From: Promethearchaeota archaeon
Lineage (GTDB): Archaea; Asgardarchaeota; Lokiarchaeia; Sigyniarchaeales; SOKP01
Assembly: GCA_030603385.1 (NCBI GenBank)
Contig: JAUVXW010000004.1
Coordinates: 1 to 64,000, forward strand
Direction: 5' to 3'
Length of the DNA: 64,000 nt
Part shown: piece after piece, positions 58,990-64,000 of the stretch
How positions within the stretch are numbered: the stretch's first letter is position 1
Layout: each line of letters begins with the position of its first letter
Translations under genes and position numbers: made by a program
The notes under the pieces: model-generated
Databases searched by the model: none
What the model saw: the letters and a program-made list of their open reading frames with translations, nothing else
What the model was told of the DNA's origin: nothing

Positions 58990-59424
58990 ATGTCAGAAGA
59001 GTATATAAGAGGCCAAATAAGCGCCAAGGAAGATGAAATTACGCGAATTGAAGAAGATGCTTCAAAAAAAGACGCTTCAGCAGAAGCAGAAATTGAAGAA
59101 GAATTTGATCCAAAAATAGAAGAAGCGAAAGCAAAAGTAGAGGAAGAAGAAGGTTTGCGAGATGAAGCTATTGAAAAAGCAGCAGAATGGACTGCTAAAA
59201 AGAAAGAAAAAATCGCTGCTGCAAAAGATGCAAATAAAAAGCTTAATACTTTAAAAAGTGATAAAGAAAAATCCCTTAATGTGAAATTAAAAGAAATAGA
59301 AACTGAGAAAAAGTCCCAAATTAAAGAAATTCACGGAGAAATTAAAGCTCTACAAAAACAATTACTCGCTTTAGAAAAAGAAAAAGCTAAACAAGCTAAA
59401 CAAGCTGAACAGGCTGAAGATTAA
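58990..59424 (+). CDS. Charged coiled-coil hypothetical protein
   Basis: E/K/A-rich, essentially all helical, followed by a T-rich tract. Confidence 0.7.
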   Translation: MSEEYIRGQISAKEDEITRIEEDASKKDASAEAEIEEEFDPKIEEAKAKVEEEEGLRDEAIEKAAEWTAKKKEKIAAAKDANKKLNTLKSDKEKSLNVKLKEIETEKKSQIKEIHGEIKALQKQLLALEKEKAKQAKQAEQAED

Positions 59425-59532
59425 ATCAATAGGATCTTTCTTGTTATTTTTTTTATTTAATTTTTTTTAATATTTTTTTTATTTTTCTGGAAATCACTTC
59501 TTTATAAATAATCGAAAACCAAGGTTTATTGG

Positions 59533-60084
59533 TTGATATTATTAACGGGTTTTGGTCCATACGATAATTATAAAAGAAATATTAGTAGCGAGATTGTTAA
59601 AAATCTTGAGATTGCAGACTTGGATATAAATATTAGAAAAGAAATATTACCAGTTAGTTGGAAATTTAGCATTAGATCATATCAAGACATATTAAATAAA
59701 TTATCGAGAAAACCAAAAATTGTAATCCTATTAGGAATACATTCAAATAGACATTATCATTTAGAAAACCTTGGTTGGAATTTTGCGTTTGGACAAGATA
59801 TCGATAACTACATTAAAATCGGAATTATTAGATATAATTTACACTTATGGCTGCGAACTATATTAAATGTAAGAAAACTATATTCATTACTAAAGGAGAG
59901 AATTGATATTAAGTTATCAAACTTTGCAGGAACGTATTTATGTAATTATCTCTATTATTGGGCTCTTTCTCTCTCAGATAAAAAATATCCTGTTTTATTT
60001 ATTCATCTTCCCAATAATGAGAAATTAAATAGAGGTGTAGAAATCATTAGTACGATCATTAGAACTATAAATACTATTCTCTAA
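59533..60084 (+). CDS. pcp: Pyroglutamyl-peptidase I
   Basis: ILLTGF.PY...N.S, LPV, E..., AG.YLCNYLYY, FIHLP (Glu-Cys-His triad). Confidence 0.85.
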   Translation: MILLTGFGPYDNYKRNISSEIVKNLEIADLDINIRKEILPVSWKFSIRSYQDILNKLSRKPKIVILLGIHSNRHYHLENLGWNFAFGQDIDNYIKIGIIRYNLHLWLRTILNVRKLYSLLKERIDIKLSNFAGTYLCNYLYYWALSLSDKKYPVLFIHLPNNEKLNRGVEIISTIIRTINTIL

Positions 60085-60104
60085 TCAAATAGCTATAATT
60101 AAAT

Positions 60105-60248
60105 TTAAAGATTAATGGGTAACTTTTGACCTTTTTCATTGATTTTATCTTTTAAAATATCGGGATGAAGTCTTAATTCATCATAAAGCCAAGACATGAG
60201 CCTTAATTTTGAGTTGTAAATCTCAACTTCTTCTTCAAAAAGTTCCAT
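60105..60248 (-). CDS. Small hypothetical protein (47 aa; an alternative in-frame ATG is at 60272)
   Basis: MELFEEEVEIYNSKLRLMSWLYDELRLHPDILKDKINEKGQKLPINL*, preceded by GAAGGT. Fills an otherwise empty gap. Not in the ORF track. Confidence 0.45.
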   Translation of the reverse strand: MELFEEEVEIYNSKLRLMSWLYDELRLHPDILKDKINEKGQKLPINL

Positions 60249-60393
60249 TCTATGGTTACCTTCTATATTCATTATATTCCATGAGATCCAAGAAACATAT
60301 TTATCTGTGTAATATCCGGATATTATCTAATTTGTTTTAAATGGAAAATTTTGAAATTTGAAGAGTTTTTTCAAAATAAAACAACTGGAAAAT

Positions 60394-60807
60394 TTAACTT
60401 TTTAAGTATTTCTTTTTAATATCATCAAGAATATATATTATATCTTCGATTGGATTGCCATCAATTACTTTATCCAATTTTTCAATTAATTCTTTAGGAA
60501 AGATCTCAAATTTTGCAATGTTCTCTCTATATTCTTTTAATTGATCAGAGACTGAATATAATGAATTACTTCTTTTTATTTCTAATTCCCTAGAAACGAC
60601 ATTCCCAAAAGATTCTATCAATTCATTATAAATACTGTTTTCGAATTGTTGTACTTCATAATTCACTTCGAAAATCATGTGATCATATTTTTTATTAACA
60701 TCTTGGATTTCTTTTTCCCTTTCCATATTAATTTCATCGATTTTTGGCTTCAAAGATTTCTTTCTTAAATCTAGCTCTTCAAGTTTGGAATCTAAATGGT
60801 TGGTCAT
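60394..60807 (-). CDS. Coiled-coil hypothetical protein
   Basis: Charged helical composition; no recognisable motif. Confidence 0.65.
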   Translation of the reverse strand: MTNHLDSKLEELDLRKKSLKPKIDEINMEREKEIQDVNKKYDHMIFEVNYEVQQFENSIYNELIESFGNVVSRELEIKRSNSLYSVSDQLKEYRENIAKFEIFPKELIEKLDKVIDGNPIEDIIYILDDIKKKYLKS

Positions 60808-60972
60808 ATTACTTTTTAATAAAGGATTTTATTTAAAGAATTAGCTAAAGCCATTTATGAATAGAAATTTACTTTAAAAATCTATGTTAATACTATAACT
60901 TCTAAAAATAAAAATTATATCTTTAGCATTATTTCAAATAATCAAACCATTTGAAAAACCATTGAGATTTAT

Positions 60973-61881
60973 ATGCCAAAAAAGGTTTTAATCCCAGAAC
61001 CAGAAGACAACTTAAAATATATTGATGTTCATTGCCATATGCCATTTCCACGTCCTAGAAACGACCAGTTGCCAACTGATCAAGAGCAAATTTTAAATTA
61101 TTTTAAATTGGGAGGGCAATATTTGATTACAAGTACAATAGATATGCATACACTTAATCTAACATTAGCATTTATGAAAGAAGGTTACAAGAATTTTGGT
61201 TTTACTTGTGGTTGGGCACCCCAGACTGTAACTTATTCTCCTAAGGTTAAATATGAAACTGAATGGAGAAAGTGGGTAGAATTTATTCAAAATAATCAAG
61301 AAAAATTTTTAGCGATTGGAGAAATAGGATTAGATTTTCATCACGCAAAAACTCTAGAAAAAAGAAATAAGCAAATATATGTTTTCAAACAAATAATAGA
61401 ATTAACTAAGGATTATGATAAACCATATGTTTTACATGTTAGAAATGCAGCTGAACATGAATTCGATAGGAACAATCCTAAACATAGGTTTAATAAAAGA
61501 GATGGTGTCAATAAAGAAGTCCTTAATATTTTAAAAGAATTTAATATTTCACCGAAGAAAGTTTTGTGGCATTGTTTTTCGGGGCCAGAGGATTATGGGA
61601 GAACTCTACCTAATCAGGGTTTTATCATTTCTGTTCCAAGTTCCGCTTATGGTTTTAATAGATGGCGTAGAGTTTCTAAAAACTCTCCTTTAGAATCAAT
61701 AGTAACAGAAACAGATTCTTATTATCAACACCCTTATAAAAGAGGACCTATAAACGTACCTTCAAATGTGAGATATTGTATTGCTGCTATAGCATATTCT
61801 CATAATGTACCTCAAAAATTAGTAAGTGAAAGAACAGTAGAGAATGCAAAAAGGTTTTTCAAATTAGAATTTGAAATTTAG
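60973..61881 (+). CDS. tatD: TatD-family metallo-hydrolase/DNase
   Basis: IDVHCH, AIGEIGLD, LHVR.A, HCFSG, ETDS. Confidence 0.9.
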   Translation: MPKKVLIPEPEDNLKYIDVHCHMPFPRPRNDQLPTDQEQILNYFKLGGQYLITSTIDMHTLNLTLAFMKEGYKNFGFTCGWAPQTVTYSPKVKYETEWRKWVEFIQNNQEKFLAIGEIGLDFHHAKTLEKRNKQIYVFKQIIELTKDYDKPYVLHVRNAAEHEFDRNNPKHRFNKRDGVNKEVLNILKEFNISPKKVLWHCFSGPEDYGRTLPNQGFIISVPSSAYGFNRWRRVSKNSPLESIVTETDSYYQHPYKRGPINVPSNVRYCIAAIAYSHNVPQKLVSERTVENAKRFFKLEFEI

Positions 61882-61939
61882 AAATGTTAAAAAATTAGAT
61901 ACTCATTACTCTAAATACTAATATTAATTTTAATTAGAA

Positions 61940-62464
61940 TTGGTGAATTTATTGAAAATTTTAGTAACCTATTTTTCACAAACTGGAAATACAGAAAAAG
62001 TTGCGAGAAGTATTTATGAAGGATGTCAAGGTGAGGATGTAGATTTAAAACCTATTAAAGAAGTAGATCCTTCAGATTTGAAAAACTTTGATTTAGTCTT
62101 TTTAGGATCTGGTATTTATGCAAGCAGAGTAAATAAAGCACTCTCAGATTTAGTAGCTGCAGCTCAAGAATTACCTCTAAAATTCATATTTTTCTCTACC
62201 CACGCAAGTAAAGAGGCTTATCAAGATGGCTTTAAAGTAGTGAAAAAAAAAATTGCGGAATCATCACAAATAATAGATGAGTTTGATTGCTGTGGTGATA
62301 ATATTGGTGTACCTGAGGCAATGCGTAAAGCTATGTTAGAAAGATTGCCGGAAGATAAACGAAAAGAAGCTGAAGAACATCAACAATGGCTGAAAGGAAG
62401 ACCAAATGAAGAAGATCTACAGAATGCTAAAAATTTTGCTCAATCGGTAATAAAAAAGCTATAA
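61940..62464 (+). CDS. Flavodoxin-family protein
   Basis: YFSQTGNTEKVA, DLVFLGS, FSTH, P.EEDL..A..FA. Confidence 0.88.
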   Translation: MVNLLKILVTYFSQTGNTEKVARSIYEGCQGEDVDLKPIKEVDPSDLKNFDLVFLGSGIYASRVNKALSDLVAAAQELPLKFIFFSTHASKEAYQDGFKVVKKKIAESSQIIDEFDCCGDNIGVPEAMRKAMLERLPEDKRKEAEEHQQWLKGRPNEEDLQNAKNFAQSVIKKL

Positions 62465-62514
62465 ATCTAATAATTACTGATTTTTTATTTCTTTTCCTTT
62501 TTAATGAATACTCC

Positions 62515-63885
62515 CTATCTTGTTTTTAATATCGTCATTTGTAATAGAAACAATTTTCTAAAAATCTTTCTTATAATCTCGCTCCTAAATAATGTTCTGA
62601 TCAGTTTCAATAATAAATGATGTTTTGGTTTGAATGTACTCTTGTTTTTATCATAACTAATCCGTTTAATGAAAAAATTGTTTTGTAGTATTGAAATAAT
62701 TAATTGATAGGTTATAATCGCAATTATATCCCAAGCTCGTTTTATATGCTGTTCTGGATATTGTAATTGTTCTCCCATTGCCATCCTTACAATTTCAATA
62801 ATATGATATAAATCAATCTTACTCCCTATAAGTTCACGTGTTGCCCATAATAAATATAAACAGCCACTGCAATAAGAGACTAACGCTTTTGCTCCTGTCT
62901 CTTCTGCTTCTTTGAATTTTTTACATCCTTCTGAAATAAGATCAAATGGAATTGAACTATTTCTTACCCAAGAAGCTCCTGCTCCAAAACCACAGCAGAG
63001 AGAATCTTTTTTAATATGTTTCATTTCCTTAATTTCACAACCGCACATTTCCAAGATTTTTCTTGGTGGGTCCCAATATTTTCCACTTAAAGCTTTTGAA
63101 TAACAGTTGTCGTGAATAGTTACACTAAAGTTTAATTTATTTGTAATCGGTAGTTCTCCAGATTTTAGACTATTTAACATCCAATCATTAAAATTAATAA
63201 AATCTCGATTATGGTTAACTCCCATTTCCTTACGATGTACTTCTGAAAAGATGTATTGAACTGCGTCTACTGTATGAGCAATGTTTTTGACATCCCATTT
63301 ATCAAAATCAGTTTTGCATTTTTCAGCAATTTTCTGAACAACATCTAGATATCCCCCTTGGTATAAATACGCACCGCCTTCCCATTGATCAATTAGATCA
63401 ATCGGTTTAAAAAAGTCTAATAATTTACTACCACCTAGTATAAATGGAAATAGATGTGTGTAATTTCCAATTATCAAGATTGTATCTTCTGGATTAGGTG
63501 TATAACTCATCCAATCAAAAATCCACTTCCGTTCTTGATTAGATAAGAATATATTAAGCAACTGCCAAATATTCGGTACTTCTGTTGGGCAAACAAATTT
63601 ATATAATGGAGGAGCACCCCGTTTCTTATATTTATCATTCCACCTCTCAAGAATTAATTGATAAGGATTAGCATTTTGAGGGCAGTATAAATTACATGAA
63701 AAGCACGTATTGCATTTAGAAAGTACATACTTAGATTCTTTTCTTTTAATTAATCTTTCAATTTCCTTTTTTGATTCTTCTAAGGGTAATTGTAGAACAG
63801 GGCATAGATGAAAGCATTGTCCACATAGATCACACAACTCTTCATTAAAAGCAGAGATTCTTTTACCCGTAGTCATCTTTACCAT
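62515..63885 (-). CDS. HdrD/GlcF-like Fe-S protein (ferredoxin plus CCG domains; first CCG degenerate)
   Basis: CDLCGQC...CP, CNTCFSC...CP, HDNC, CCGFG, YCSGC. Confidence 0.85.
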   Translation of the reverse strand: MVKMTTGKRISAFNEELCDLCGQCFHLCPVLQLPLEESKKEIERLIKRKESKYVLSKCNTCFSCNLYCPQNANPYQLILERWNDKYKKRGAPPLYKFVCPTEVPNIWQLLNIFLSNQERKWIFDWMSYTPNPEDTILIIGNYTHLFPFILGGSKLLDFFKPIDLIDQWEGGAYLYQGGYLDVVQKIAEKCKTDFDKWDVKNIAHTVDAVQYIFSEVHRKEMGVNHNRDFINFNDWMLNSLKSGELPITNKLNFSVTIHDNCYSKALSGKYWDPPRKILEMCGCEIKEMKHIKKDSLCCGFGAGASWVRNSSIPFDLISEGCKKFKEAEETGAKALVSYCSGCLYLLWATRELIGSKIDLYHIIEIVRMAMGEQLQYPEQHIKRAWDIIAIITYQLIISILQNNFFIKRISYDKNKSTFKPKHHLLLKLIRTLFRSEIIRKIFRKLFLLQMTILKTR

Positions 63886-64000
63886 GCCTCTCCGTACATT
63901 GGTGGGTCTTCAGGGATTTCAGCTAATTTAAAAGTCTTTTTAGAAAATATTTTTGGTACTTGCTTCCTAATAGTGCCCCAGAAAAAGTGTTTCGCACGTT
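63879..64000 (-). CDS. 3' end of an upstream gene, probably a paralogous Fe-S/CCG protein
   Basis: Open frame RAKHFFWGTIRKQVPKIFSKKTFKLAEIPEDPPMYGEAW* whose stop overlaps the next start. It weakly resembles the KRAW...F.I tail of the downstream protein. Confidence 0.5.
   Translation of the reverse strand, partial: RAKHFFWGTIRKQVPKIFSKKTFKLAEIPEDPPMYGEAW

Noticed and set aside
58990-60807. Coiled-coil proteins as ESCRT-III, SNARE or V-ATPase subunits
   Set aside because: Only compositional similarity, with no diagnostic motif that I can recognise.
1-64000. CRISPR array, tRNA or rRNA genes, and the many short antisense ORFs in the track
   Set aside because: I saw no periodic repeat-spacer pattern or GC-rich structural RNA. 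The short ORFs overlap well-supported genes and lack motifs.

Overview
AT-rich archaeal chromosomal DNA, most consistent with an Asgard archaeon of the Lokiarchaeia type. This is an inference from two gelsolin-domain genes, a UGA-containing peroxiredoxin-like gene followed by a eukaryote-like 3' UTR SECIS, and expansions of SCP2, thiolase and UroD-like genes. The window carries a dispersed, nearly complete citric-acid-cycle set: citrate synthase, two aconitases, an IDH-family enzyme, SucCD, SdhAB without membrane anchors, FumC, an E3-like flavoprotein, and a two-subunit ATP-citrate lyase. It also has five signal-peptide-less glycoside hydrolases with a GPH-type MFS importer, a thiolase-DUF35-SCP2 lipid operon interrupted upstream by a DDE insertion sequence with about 66-bp inverted ends, and four toxin-antitoxin-like modules. 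Several features are missing or split in the ORF track: the selenoprotein (split at UGA), two genes that need ATT starts (lpd-like, sucC), remnants of fucI, a 2-oxoacid:ferredoxin oxidoreductase beta subunit, an acyl-CoA dehydrogenase and a HEPN toxin, and a few small ORFs. I saw no tRNA, rRNA or CRISPR array. All family calls come from recognising motifs by eye, not from database searches.
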